64,000 bases of DNA, taken from an uncultured Candidatus Rokubacteria bacterium (GTDB lineage: Bacteria > Methylomirabilota > Methylomirabilia > Rokubacteriales > CSP1-6). This document shows positions 49,712 to 59,568 of the stretch, piece by piece (positions within the stretch are counted from its first letter, which is position 1; every line of letters begins with the position of its first letter). The stretch is from NCBI GenBank assembly GCA_963762145.1, contig CAVXJS010000021.1, positions 576,001-640,000 of the forward strand. Reading direction: 5' to 3'. The position numbers and the translations under genes were made by a program. The notes beneath the pieces were generated by a model. The model searched no databases. It saw only the letters and a list, made by a program, of their open reading frames with translations, and was not told the DNA's origin.

Positions 49712-50197
49712 TCAACCGCGGCGCGCCGCCTCGATTGCGGCGATGTCGATCTTGTTCATCTGCATCATCGCATCGAACGCGCGCTTGGCGGCGGCGGGAT
49801 CGGGATCGGTTATCGCGTTGGTCAGAGCGATCGGCGTAATCTGCCAGGACAATCCCCACATGTCCTTGCACCAGCCGCACGCACTCTCTTGGCCGCCGTT
49901 GCCGACGATTGCGTTCCAGTAACGATCGGTTTCGGCCTGGTCGGCGGTTGCGACCTGAAACGAGAATGCTTCGTTGTGCTTGAATGAGGGTCCGCCATTG
50001 AGTCCGAGGCAGGGAATCCCCATCACGGTAAACTCAACCGTCAACACATCCCCTTTCTTCCCGGACGGAAAGTCTCCCGGGGCGCGATGCACCGAGCCGA
50101 CGGATGAATCGGGAAAGGTCTTGGCGTAGAATCGCGCCGCGTCCTCAGCGTTGCCATCGTACCAAAGGCAAATCGTGTTCTTTGCTGGCTTCACCAT
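49712..50197 (-). CDS. VOC family (PhnB / 3-demethylubiquinone methyltransferase-like)
   Basis: ICLWY, AARFY, LNGGP, AFSFQV, ESACGWCKD.WGLSWQI, KIDIAAI. Confidence 0.92.
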   Translation of the reverse strand: MVKPAKNTICLWYDGNAEDAARFYAKTFPDSSVGSVHRAPGDFPSGKKGDVLTVEFTVMGIPCLGLNGGPSFKHNEAFSFQVATADQAETDRYWNAIVGNGGQESACGWCKDMWGLSWQITPIALTNAITDPDPAAAKRAFDAMMQMNKIDIAAIEAARRG

Positions 50198-50241
50198 GTC
50201 ACTCTCCTCCGTGATGAGTGATTCCCTGTGCCTCCGGCCGC

Positions 50242-50658
50242 TCACAATTTGACCTGCGTGTCAGCGGGCGGAATGCTCGAGGTGGACACGCGACGGCATA
50301 GCCAGAGCGCAACACACAGTGGGCCCCACATGAACCAGGACGTCAAGAGGATCACCAGCAAAGCATCGAACACCGAGCCTCGCGCAAGCGCGAGCATACG
50401 GTAGCCACACCACAGAATTCCGAGCGACAGACATACAGACGCCAGCCACCTCGCTCCTCGTGCCTGGACTCCTATCGCGGCCACCAAGGCTGAGGCGGCT
50501 ACCAGCAGGACCATCACGGCGGTGGCGAGAATCTCTGCGGTCCCCCGACAAGGCGTGTCGGAGCACGCCAGTCTGGGATCGACAATCGGCAGGATCGCAG
50601 TAGGGGCCAGCAGACCGACAGCAAACACCGCTACGTATACTCGAAGAGCGACGATCAA
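50242..50658 (-). CDS. Hypothetical multi-TM protein
   Basis: TTG start overlapping the LysE stop; four hydrophobic segments. Confidence 0.55.
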   Translation of the reverse strand: MIVALRVYVAVFAVGLLAPTAILPIVDPRLACSDTPCRGTAEILATAVMVLLVAASALVAAIGVQARGARWLASVCLSLGILWCGYRMLALARGSVFDALLVILLTSWFMWGPLCVALWLCRRVSTSSIPPADTQVKL

Positions 50659-51304
50659 CGGGCGCGAACCTCCTGGAACACCATCCGAAGCGCCAGGCCG
50701 ACAAACACAAGTCCGAGGACGCTGGACGCCACGTGGTCGAATCTGCCGCTCGGGTTGAAAGCCCAACGCACTGAACCCGCTCCCCACGCTACGCCTAGAT
50801 TCACCGTCATCACGGTAATCGTGAGGAGTCCCCCCAGCACCGCGATCTGCAACGGCACTTCTTCTGCCGGCGCGGTGGCGAACTGAGGAAGGAACAAGCT
50901 GAAGAAGAGCAGCGCCTTGGGATTGAGCAGATTATTGACCAGGCCTCGCCACACCCAGCCACGTGGTCGCTCGCGGTCGATCGCCCGTGGCGCCGCGGAA
51001 ACCTCCTCGCCGGTACGCCTCGCCTTCCTGAGCAGGCCTATCCCGATCCACAGGAGATAGGCCGCTCCAACGAACCGCACACCGTCGGCGACGACCGGCA
51101 TGCGTTGCATGAGGTGCCCCAAGCCGAACGCCACCAGGGCTGTCTGAAGGAATCCGGCCAAGGCGATGCCACGGAACACCACACGCCGGCTCGGGCGCCG
51201 CGCGCGAGCGCATGAGACACGATCAACGTCAGGTCCGGGCCGGGGGCGACTGCCAACGCGAGCACTGCGAGGAAGAACACCGGAAGAACAGCCGGGTCGA
51301 GCAT
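50655..51304 (-). CDS. LysE/RhtB family translocator, frameshift near 51180
   Basis: APGPD, G.RAG, GAAYLLWIG, NLLNPKALLFF..FLPQF. Confidence 0.88.
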
Positions 51305-51397
51305 AACGAAGCTTACCATCGAGCGTTCGCGTGAGACTTCCGCGCGGCCTGATAGCACGGCGGCAACGGGTCTAGCGCTTCAACCACGGCCTTTGGG

Positions 51398-51946
<549 letters not shown>

Positions 51947-51974
51947 CACGTAAGCGTACCGATCGCCATAGGGC

Positions 51975-52070
51975 GGCCTACGCCCGGATCAGGCGCGGCG
52001 GGCGCCCGCCAACCACCCGTCAGCGGCCGCGCGCCTTGCCCCTGCCGCCGCCTGCATTCGGAAGTTGGGC
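51975..52070 (-). repeat. attC site with damaged R'
   Basis: GCCCAAC-TTCCG-AATGCAGG ... CCTGATC-CGGGC-GTAGGCC; R' lacks one T of GTT. Confidence 0.7.
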
Positions 52071-52076
52071 GGCACA

Positions 52077-53065
52077 TCACTCTATGATGTGGTCGGCCTG
52101 CGCCAGCACAGAGGCGGGAATCTTGATACCTAGAGCTGTCGCGGTCTTCAGATTGATGATGAGCTCGAACTTGTTCGGTTGAAGCACCGGAAGATCTGCT
52201 GGCTTGGCGCCTTTGAGAATTCGGCCGGCGTAGATGCCGGCGTGGCGATGCGCATCCGTCATGTTGGTTCCGTAGCTGATCAGACCGCCAGCGGAAACGA
52301 GCTCGCGCCGGTCATAAATAGTGGGCAGTCGGTGGCGGGTAGCCAGTTCAGTAAGCCGATCGCGCGCGGAGACAAAAAGCAGGTCGGGGGTGACAAGCAG
52401 GGCGCCGACCCTCTGCTCGACGAGAATGGCGAAAGCCGTGTCGAAATCGCGCCTGGTGCGGGCGGCCACGACATGGGTCTGCAGCCGGAGCGCGCGGGCG
52501 GCGGCCTCGACATCTTTCGTGTCGGACGCGGCATTGGGGTTGTTCGGATTGACCAGCACGCCGATGGTTCTGGCTGTCGGCACCACCTCGTGCAGAATCT
52601 GCAAGCGTTTCGCCAAGAGCACATTGAACAAAAAACTCACCCCCGTGAGGTTCCCTCCCGGACGACCGAGACTGGCGACGAGACCGAACTTGACGGGGTC
52701 GGCCCCCATCACGAAAACGACGGGGATAGTCGGAGTCGCGGCCTTCCCGCGAGTGCCAGAGCCGTTCCAGCGCTTGTGACGATCACGGTCACCTGACGGC
52801 CGACCAAATCAGCCGCGAGCGGCGACAATCGATCGGATCGGTCCTCCGCCCAGCGGAATTCGATCGTGACGTTGCGGCCGTCGACATAGCCTGCCTCGCT
52901 GAGCCCCTGACGGAACCCGGCCACGTAACCTGCCCAAGCCGCGGCCGTCGAGGTGCCGAGGAAACCGATCACCGGCATTGCTGGCTGCTGCGCGTGAGTG
53001 GCGGCCGACACGACGAGAAGGAAGATGGCCGTGACGACCGTGACCGCTCTGAGCGGCCGTCTCAT
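52077..53065 (-). CDS. Orphan ABC substrate-binding protein (PF04392 type), frameshift near 52740, followed by attC
   Basis: Signal peptide, [58 protein letters not shown]. Confidence 0.9.
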
Positions 53066-53257
53066 AGCTGTCCTTCACGCGTCATCATCGAAGCCCCCAT
53101 CACCGGTCTGCCCAATGCGCGAACCATCCTGGAAACCTCTCGCCGACTCTGTTGAAGGTCATTTCCTACGCGATGCCCCGGCCGTCGTACGCCGAGGCCT
53201 CGGCTAAGACTACCTCGACGTCGACATCCCTATCAGGTCTGTACCTGTCACATGTGC

Positions 53258-53710
53258 TCATCGGGAAGTCTGCTGCCCGAGCTCTTGGGCAAGCCCGATG
53301 AGGATTCCTTCGGGGCCCCGGATGTAGCAGAGCCGATACGTGTCTTCGTACTGGACCACTTCGCCGACGAGCTCCGCGCCGCGTTTGCCGAGCCTGGCGA
53401 GCGTATCGTCGATGTCCTCCACGGTGAACATAACGCGCAGGTAACCGAGAGCGTTCACCGGGGCGCTGCGGTGATCGGCGACCACAGGCGGCGCGAGGAA
53501 TCGGGACATCTCGAGCCGGCTGTGCCCGTCCGGCGTACGCATCATGGCAATCTCGACGCGCATGTCGCGCAATCCAGTGACGCCATCTGCCCAGGCTCCT
53601 GCGATTGGGGCGCGCCCCTCGAGCTCGAGGCCAAGTTCGGTGAAGAACTCAATGGCGGCGTCGATGTCTTCTACCACGATGCCGACGTTGTCCATACGCT
53701 TGACCGTCAT
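53258..53710 (-). CDS. VOC/glyoxalase family protein
   Basis: MDNVGIVVEDIDAAIEFF, TPDGHSRLE, MFTVEDID, YIRGPEG. Confidence 0.92.
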   Translation of the reverse strand: MTVKRMDNVGIVVEDIDAAIEFFTELGLELEGRAPIAGAWADGVTGLRDMRVEIAMMRTPDGHSRLEMSRFLAPPVVADHRSAPVNALGYLRVMFTVEDIDDTLARLGKRGAELVGEVVQYEDTYRLCYIRGPEGILIGLAQELGQQTSR

Positions 53711-53724
53711 GATGTCTCCTGGGC

Positions 53725-53777
53725 CTCTAGCGCCGCGTTCAGAGGCGCACCCGGCGCGTCCTCTGCAACGATTAGGC
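53725..53777 (-). repeat. Degenerate attC
   Basis: GCCTAAT..GTTGCAGAGG ... CCTCTGAAC-GCGGC-GCTAGAG; L boxes pair with one bulged base, both R boxes mutated. Confidence 0.6.
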
Positions 53778-53793
53778 TGTCTCGTGAACACCG

Positions 53794-54279
53794 TCACGGC
53801 TGAGACGCCGCGGACGCATGCAGATGGGCAAGCTTCCACGTCTCACGCTCCCAGACGAACAGGAGTGTGCGTCTCTGCAGGGGCAACTGGCGACCGTCAG
53901 CGGTGGACAGCCCGTCAAGCATGAATGTGACGAGCGCCACATCCCCCAAGCGTTCCAGTCTGAGGTCGCGCGGCTTCAGGTGCAGGTAGGGAGGCCCGGG
54001 CCTACGCGCCCGCGTTTCCTCGAAGAACCGCCGCCAACGCGCCTCGACTTCTGTCCTTCCGGTCACGCGATCGGGTGTATCACCAAACGGGAAGAAGACC
54101 GTCGGCTCTGATGCCCAGATGGTCCGGAATGGCTCCCAGTCGAGATCGTCCAGCGCACGTAGGAATCGCTCAGCCGCCGTGCAGACTCCTGCGAGGTCCT
54201 CCGGGGCCTTAGCCTGCGAGGCAGTCACCGGCCCCTGTACCAGCGCAGTTCCCACCACCGAGACCGCCAGAACCGCCAC
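53794..54279 (-). CDS. Secreted SnoaL/DUF4440 NTF2-like protein
   Basis: Signal-like N-terminus; FLRALDDLDWEPF, GDVALVTF, RRTLLF, WKLAHLHAS. Confidence 0.8.
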   Translation of the reverse strand: MAVLAVSVVGTALVQGPVTASQAKAPEDLAGVCTAAERFLRALDDLDWEPFRTIWASEPTVFFPFGDTPDRVTGRTEVEARWRRFFEETRARRPGPPYLHLKPRDLRLERLGDVALVTFMLDGLSTADGRQLPLQRRTLLFVWERETWKLAHLHASAASQP

Positions 54280-54432
54280 ATAACATCACCGGGTCTGCAG
54301 CCACCGTAGGGAACGCATAAGCCCCCTTTGGCACCGGCGGTTCGTTCGCGCGCCGGGGTATCGAAGACTTTCTCCGCACGGCCGGTGGGATCCGCCCTGC
54401 CCCGTCGACCACCGCTAGAGGTTCGGGTGCCA

Positions 54433-54702
54433 TCAGTCGTTGAGGAAGTAGATGTCAGGTCGATCGAGAACGCCGACCTTCTGCATGGTCTCGCGCAGGT
54501 CGGCAGATTCGGCGAATGCCTTCGCGCGGTCTAGGTCCGCGGCGCGGAAGAGGATGACAACCTCGTTCGAGTCGTGAGCGCCCCGGAAAAGGTGCGCTTC
54601 CGTGAGGCCGGCTTCAACACGCTTGGGAAGGTCAGCGTCGTATCCGGGTTTCCACACCGAGAAGTCGCGAACCTTGTGCCGCACGAGCATGTAGCGTGCC
54701 AT
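54433..54702 (-). CDS. Small dimeric alpha-beta barrel ('cyclase'-type) protein (cassette)
   Basis: AAGGAGG RBS; VRHKVRDF..WK..YD, NEVVILF, AKAFAES.DLRETM.K.GV. Confidence 0.82.
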   Translation of the reverse strand: MARYMLVRHKVRDFSVWKPGYDADLPKRVEAGLTEAHLFRGAHDSNEVVILFRAADLDRAKAFAESADLRETMQKVGVLDRPDIYFLND

Positions 54703-54755
54703 GGAGGGCCTCCTTCAGGTTGGTGAGCTGGTTAGAGGGATGATACCCGATTGCC

Positions 54756-54830
54756 GTCTAACGCTCGCATTCACCCGCGGCCGAGCGAGCGCACGCGAGC
54801 CCGGCCGTCAGGTGCAATGCGTGGTTAGCC
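54756..54830 (-). repeat. attC site
   Basis: GGCTAAC-CACGC-ATTGCACC ... GGTGAAT-GCGAGC-GTTAGAC; R'' is complementary to this cassette's 5' core GTTAGCC (55311-55317). Confidence 0.92.
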
Positions 54831-54840
54831 GGCGCGCCAT

Positions 54841-55281
54841 TCACCGTGGCTCGTATTGCTTTGCGTAGTCGACGGTGAGCCATCGTTCTGGCCGCATACG
54901 AACAAGCACGTTCCCGACCACGTCCCGCGTGCGCTCGATGTACGAGTCGCCCACTTCGGTGCCGAGATAACGGCGCGCGAGGGGGCGCCGGTCGCGCTCA
55001 AGATCCGCCGCTTCGACCGCGACGATCGGCCCCTCCACGCTGACGTACTTATACGGCAGCGTTTCCGTTTGCACGCACAGACTGAATCGGCCCGCGCGCT
55101 CCAGCAGCTTTCCCTTTCGCGACGTCCGACCAGTTATGATTCGGACCTCGCCTCCCGGCTCGTAGGAATACCAAATCGGAACCACGAGCGGCCCATGACC
55201 ATCTTCCGCAACGCTGATGACGGCCACATGAACGTCGGCCAGAAATGCCTCCCGTTCTTCCTTCGTCATCGTGAGCGACAT
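54841..55281 (-). CDS. Pyridoxamine 5'-phosphate oxidase-like (PPOX/F420) protein (intact cassette)
   Basis: EREAFLA, PIWY.Y, SRKGKL, SLCVQ, YKYVSVEG, PERWLTVDY. Confidence 0.9.
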   Translation of the reverse strand: MSLTMTKEEREAFLADVHVAVISVAEDGHGPLVVPIWYSYEPGGEVRIITGRTSRKGKLLERAGRFSLCVQTETLPYKYVSVEGPIVAVEAADLERDRRPLARRYLGTEVGDSYIERTRDVVGNVLVRMRPERWLTVDYAKQYEPR

Positions 55282-55310
55282 CGTTGTCCCTTTCGGTCGG
55301 AAACTTCATC

Positions 55311-55380
55311 GGCTAACGCCCGCGCTCACCGGCCGGAGCGAGCAACGTGAGCTCCGGGCCGGTGCCGCGCGACGTTGGGC
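55311..55380 (-). repeat. attC site
   Basis: GCCCAAC-GTCGC-GCGGCACC ... GGTGAGC-GCGGGC-GTTAGCC. Confidence 0.9.
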
Positions 55381-55396
55381 AGCCCCCCGAACACCG

Positions 55397-55792
55397 TCAC
55401 TCGATGACTTCATCTGCATGCACCAGCAGTGATCGAGGGATCGTGAGACCAAGCGCCGTGGCGGTTCTCAGGTTGATGATCAGCTCGAACTTCGTGGGCT
55501 GCTCCACGGGGAGGTCACCCGGCTTGGCGCCCTTCAAGATCCTGTCCACGTACTCGGCAGCTCGACGATAGATCTGCCGTCGATTGACGCCGTACGACAT
55601 CAACCCGCCCTCCTCGGCATAGTCTCTGCCCGGGTACATCGCCGGGAGCCTGACCTTTGCTGCAAGATCGGCGATCTGTCGGCGAAGGCTGTACGTCAAT
55701 GGATCCGGGATGACGAGCAAGCCACCTGCGCCAGCCGCGATCGCGGCCTCGAACTGGCGTGGCACCTGATCGGCGGTTCTCGCCTCAACCAA
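55397..55792 (-). pseudogene. C-terminal part of a PF04392-type substrate-binding protein between two attC sites
   Basis: [41 protein letters not shown]; N-terminal lobe absent. Confidence 0.85.
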
Positions 55793-55828
55793 GCCGACCG
55801 AGTTCGCGACCTCGCGCCCATCCCTGCC

Positions 55829-55889
55829 CTCTAACGTTTGAGCTCAGCGGCGGCCTGAAAGGGCCGTCCGCTGCAGCGACTTGTTAGGT
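55829..55889 (-). repeat. attC site of the first cassette
   Basis: ACCTAAC-AAGTC-GCTGCAGC ... GCTGAGC-TCAAAC-GTTAGAG; gene stop TAA lies in R''; R'' is complementary to GTTAGGT at attI. Confidence 0.95.
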
Positions 55890-56198
55890 GGAATACGCTG
55901 GGCCACCTATGCCAGGAACCACCACTGTTTTAAAGATTGCCGATTCCCGGTCGGTTGCCAACGACAAGAGCTCGAGGTCAGCGCGATAGGCGGCGAACTG
56001 CTCCTGGCCAGGGAAGCTGACAAGATGTATCTCAAACGGGATATCTGGCGAATTCTCTTGCCCCGTGCGAACCACCTTTTCAATTGAGCCGCCATACTTC
56101 CTCATGATTCGGGCCGCCTTTCGCTCATAGGCTTCGAATTCAGCAACGGCGCCTGGGCGGACCCACAGACTTACGACCCGATAGATTGGACTCTGCAC
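55884..56198 (-). CDS. DUF1330-like dimeric alpha-beta barrel protein (first cassette)
   Basis: GGAGG RBS; FEAYERKAARIMRKYGG, PFEIHLVSFP, FAAYRAD. Confidence 0.8.
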   Translation of the reverse strand: MQSPIYRVVSLWVRPGAVAEFEAYERKAARIMRKYGGSIEKVVRTGQENSPDIPFEIHLVSFPGQEQFAAYRADLELLSLATDRESAIFKTVVVPGIGGPAYST

Positions 56199-56214
56199 TC
56201 AAACCTCCAAGCCC

Positions 56215-56290
56215 ACCTAACTAGAAGTATCCCGGGCCGCATATTTCCCCCCCCCGGGGTGGGTCTGATGCGGATAATCCCGGCCGGATG
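56215..56290 (-). other. attI-like recombination site
   Basis: Minus strand ...GGCCGGGATTATCCG...GGCCCGGGATACTTCTA-GTTAGGT; GTTRRRY core at the head of the first cassette with no attC palindrome upstream. Confidence 0.7.
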
Positions 56291-56401
56291 GCCGGGTGAT
56301 GTGGCGGGAGCGGCGCGTGGGGGCACGTGGTTGCGCATGGTCCCGGGGTGCTCAGTTTTACACGGACCTGGGTATTTCTGGTGGGGATTGGGGATGGGCG
56401 A

Positions 56402-56556
56402 TTAGAGGAGAGGGAGGCGGTCGGCGGGGCTGAGGACGCCGGCGGGGCCTCGGTTGAGAACGTCGGTGTAGATCATGGTGGTCGAGACGTCGCGGTGGCC
56501 GAGGGGCTGCAGTGGCGGGCGCGCAGGGCCGCGCGCACGCGATCCAATAGCCGCGG
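56402..56556 (-). pseudogene. intI: Integron integrase relic: N- and C-termini only
   Basis: [18 protein letters not shown] joined (frame offset at ~56503) to [30 protein letters not shown], both characteristic IntI termini. Confidence 0.9.
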
Positions 56557-56641
56557 CGCGCGTCGAGAGGCGTCATGGCGTCAGGCTATCGGGGCGGCGC
56601 CGGCACGCAAGACGTGGACATGGCGATACACGGGCGGTAGC

Positions 56642-57161
56642 ATGCAGAGCCGGATGCCCTTCGCCTACTTCCAGCGGCTCACGCGGCGCCAGCAGGCGAT
56701 CTATCTCGAGAGCGACGGCATCGTGACGATGCCGCTGCCGCAGGCGCGGACGGCTCCAGCCCGTCGTGACCGCGCTGGCCCGGGCGCTCGAGGGCGGCGA
56801 TCGCGCCACCACCGAGGCGGCTGCGCAGCGGCTGGTCGCGGGCCTGGCCCGCGCGCTGGGCGCGCCGCCGGTGCGCGTGAGCGTGCTGGCCGCGCGGCCG
56901 CACGCGCGCTGGGGCGAGCTGCACGGGCTCTACGAATCGCCCGGACGCGGCCCGGAGCCGCCGCTGATCACCCTCTGGATGCGCACCGCGCGGCAGAAGC
57001 GCGTGGTGGCCTTCCGCACCTTCCTCCGCACGCTACTCCACGAGGTGGGGCACCACGTGGACTATACTCTGCTGCGGCTGGGCGACTCCTTCCACACCCA
57101 GGGCTTCTACGCGCGGGAGTCGCACCTGTTCCATCAACTGGTCACCGACGGGGGCATCCTC
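56642..57161 (+). CDS. Hypothetical zinc-metallopeptidase-like protein (HExxH), frameshift near 56745
   Basis: MPFAYFQRLTRRQQAIY; ELHGLYE, LWMRTA, TLLHEVGHHVDY, FHTQGFY; runs in frame into DinB. Confidence 0.7.
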
Positions 57162-57629
57162 ATGGCGAGTGTCGAAGAGCAGATGGCGCGCATGGAGCGC
57201 ACGGCGGAGGACTATGCGGCCGCCATCAAGGGCGTGTCGGACGCCGCGCTCAGCAAGCGGCCGGACGACAAGAGCTGGTCGGCCAAGGAATCGCTGTGCC
57301 ACGTGCGCGACACCGAGGAGTCCTTCATGATCCGGTTCCAGACCATCATGGAGATGGACGAGCCGCGGTTCCTGCCCGGCGATCCCGACCGCTGGGCGAC
57401 GGAGCGCCAGTATCAGAGAAACGACGCGGGCGAGGCGCTGCAGGCCTTCCGGGTGCGGCGCGACGAGACCTTGAAGTTCCTGCGCGGGCTACGGCCCGAG
57501 CACTGGGAGCGCGGCGGCGTGCACCCGACCCGGGGCCGCATGACCGTCAAGGACTTCGTGGGCCTCATGGCCTGGCACGACGACAACCACCTCGATCAGC
57601 TCAAGCGGGCGCTCGCGGGCAAGCCCTAG
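57162..57629 (+). CDS. DinB family protein
   Basis: RPDDKSWSAKE..CHVRDTE, F..RRDETL, WERGGVHPTRG, WHDDNHLDQL. Confidence 0.88.
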   Translation: MASVEEQMARMERTAEDYAAAIKGVSDAALSKRPDDKSWSAKESLCHVRDTEESFMIRFQTIMEMDEPRFLPGDPDRWATERQYQRNDAGEALQAFRVRRDETLKFLRGLRPEHWERGGVHPTRGRMTVKDFVGLMAWHDDNHLDQLKRALAGKP

Positions 57630-58319
57630 CGCGCGCCCGCCTGCCGCAGGCGCGCCGCCATCGCGTCGTAGCCCGCGGCCCTGGGCAAGGGCCAGCGGCG
57701 TCTTGCCGCCGCGATCCGCCAGGTTCACGTTCGCGCCCGCGTCGATCAGCGCGATCAGGGTGTCGGTGTGGCGCGCGCCGCCATCGCCCAGCACGATGGA
57801 CTCGATCAGCGCGGTCCAGCCCAGGTTGTTGACGTGGTCGAGCGGGGCGCCCGCGCGGATGAGCGTGCGCACCACCTCCGCGTGGCCCAGGTGCGCAGCC
57901 GCGATCAGCGCGGTGCCGTCGTAGCGGCTGGTCACGTTCCGCGCGCTCGCGCCCACCTCCAGCGCCACCCGCAGGGTCGGCACGTCGCCGGCCACCGCCG
58001 CGATCGTCACGATGTCGTAGCGGTCGCGCTCGAGGGCGTTCGGGTCGGCGCCCGCGGCGACGAGGGCCCGCATGGCCTCGTGGTGCCCGCCGTAGGCGGC
58101 CACGTGCAGGGGCGTGCGGCCGTAGGCGTCGCGGCCGTCGGGCTTCTGACCGCTCGCGACCAGCGCCTTGATCTGCGCCGCGTCGCCCCGGGCCGCGGCG
58201 GCGAGGAGCCCAGTGTAGCCGGCCCGGTCCTCCGCCGAGGGCGGCACCTGCGCCGCCACGTAGCCGGCCCAGCCGGCCAGGAACGCGAGCGCCACCGCGC
58301 GGGCGATCGCGCGGGCCAT
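57626..58319 (-). CDS. Secreted ankyrin-repeat protein, frameshift near the 3' end
   Basis: GRTPLHVAA, GTALIAAA, GWTALIES, GKTPLALA. Confidence 0.9.
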
Positions 58320-58327
58320 CGTGCAGA

Positions 58328-58600
58328 TCAGGGCCGCCCGGCGATGTGCTGGGCCGCCTCGGCCGAGGTGCGTACCGGGATGATCTCGAAGTGGGCCACG
58401 TCGCTCCAGGCCTTCATCCAGACGTCGAACAGCGACCGGTCCTCGGTGCGCATGAGCTGAAAGCACCGGAAGTAGTCGAGATCCACCCAGCTGTCCACGT
58501 ACTCGAGCCCGGGCGGGAGCTGGCGGCCGCGCTCGCGGGCCCGGCGATAGATCTCGGGCGCCGCGCCCGCGTTGAAGTACTCGATGACCATGTAGAGCAT
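58328..58600 (-). CDS. DUF3303 family protein
   Basis: MLYMVIE.F, GRQLPPGLEYVDSWV, RCFQLM, WSD..HFEIIPV. Confidence 0.85.
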   Translation of the reverse strand: MLYMVIEYFNAGAAPEIYRRARERGRQLPPGLEYVDSWVDLDYFRCFQLMRTEDRSLFDVWMKAWSDVAHFEIIPVRTSAEAAQHIAGRP

Positions 58601-58605
58601 GCGGC

Positions 58606-59568
58606 TCAGGCGGCGACCGCCGCCTCCACCGTCGGCTGGTAGTGCGGAGCGTCGGGAAAGCCCATGGGGCGCACCGCGGGCAGCGTCACGCCGGCCGCGC
58701 GGTACTCGCCGACGAAGGCCGACACCGCGCGGAAGTCGCCGATGCCGCCCAGCGCGGCCACCAGGCGGTCCGAGACCGCGTCGGGGCCCGGCGCGCGGTC
58801 GAAGGCCGCGACGTCGGCGGTGAAGCCGCTCTGCTCGAGCATCGCGCGGTAGAACGGCAGCACCAGGTAGCGCTGCAGCTCGGTGCGGAAGAGCGCGGTC
58901 GCCGCGGCCCGGTCCGCGGTGAGCGCCGCGGGGGCGGCGGCCACGATCTCGAAGCCCTCGAGCGGCTTGCCCGCGCGGGCGCGGCCCCGCTTGATGGCGG
59001 GCACCGCGTGGTCGCGCACGTAGGCGGGCGCGGCCAGCCAGAGCACGACGCCGTCGGCGATCTCGCCGGCCAGCTCCAGCATGCGCGGGGCGAGCCCGGC
59101 CAGCAGGATCGGCGGGGCGGGCGGGATCTTCGGCAGCCCGCTCTGCCAGTTGACCCGGTAACGCGCGCCCTCGTGACGCACCTTGCCGGTCAGCGCGCCG
59201 CGCAGCACCGTGACGTACTCGCGGATGACCTCGAGCGGCTTGCCCATGTCGAGGCCGAGCGCGCCTTCCATCACCGGGCGATGGCTCACCCCGATGCCCA
59301 GGCGCAGCCGGCCTCCGCTCGTGTCGGAGAGCGTGAGCGCTTCCTGGGCCAGCAGCACCGGATGCCGCGGGTACGTGGGGATCACGCCCGAGCCGAGGCC
59401 CACGTGCGGGGCCACGTGCGCGTAGGCCGACAAGGTCAGCAGCGCGTCGCGGCCGATCCCGTGGGTGACCCAGAGGCTCTCGTAGCCCAGCGCATCGGCG
59501 CGCCGGGCGAGGGCCAGCGCGGGCGCCAGATCGGCGCCGGGGCTCAGGAAGAGCGCGGTGCGCGCCAT
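58606..59568 (-). CDS. LLM-class (F420-dependent) oxidoreductase
   Basis: GYESLW, YPRHP, GRLRLGIGVSH, PILLAGLAPRMLELAGEIADG. Confidence 0.9.
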   Translation of the reverse strand: MARTALFLSPGADLAPALALARRADALGYESLWVTHGIGRDALLTLSAYAHVAPHVGLGSGVIPTYPRHPVLLAQEALTLSDTSGGRLRLGIGVSHRPVMEGALGLDMGKPLEVIREYVTVLRGALTGKVRHEGARYRVNWQSGLPKIPPAPPILLAGLAPRMLELAGEIADGVVLWLAAPAYVRDHAVPAIKRGRARAGKPLEGFEIVAAAPAALTADRAAATALFRTELQRYLVLPFYRAMLEQSGFTADVAAFDRAPGPDAVSDRLVAALGGIGDFRAVSAFVGEYRAAGVTLPAVRPMGFPDAPHYQPTVEAAVAA

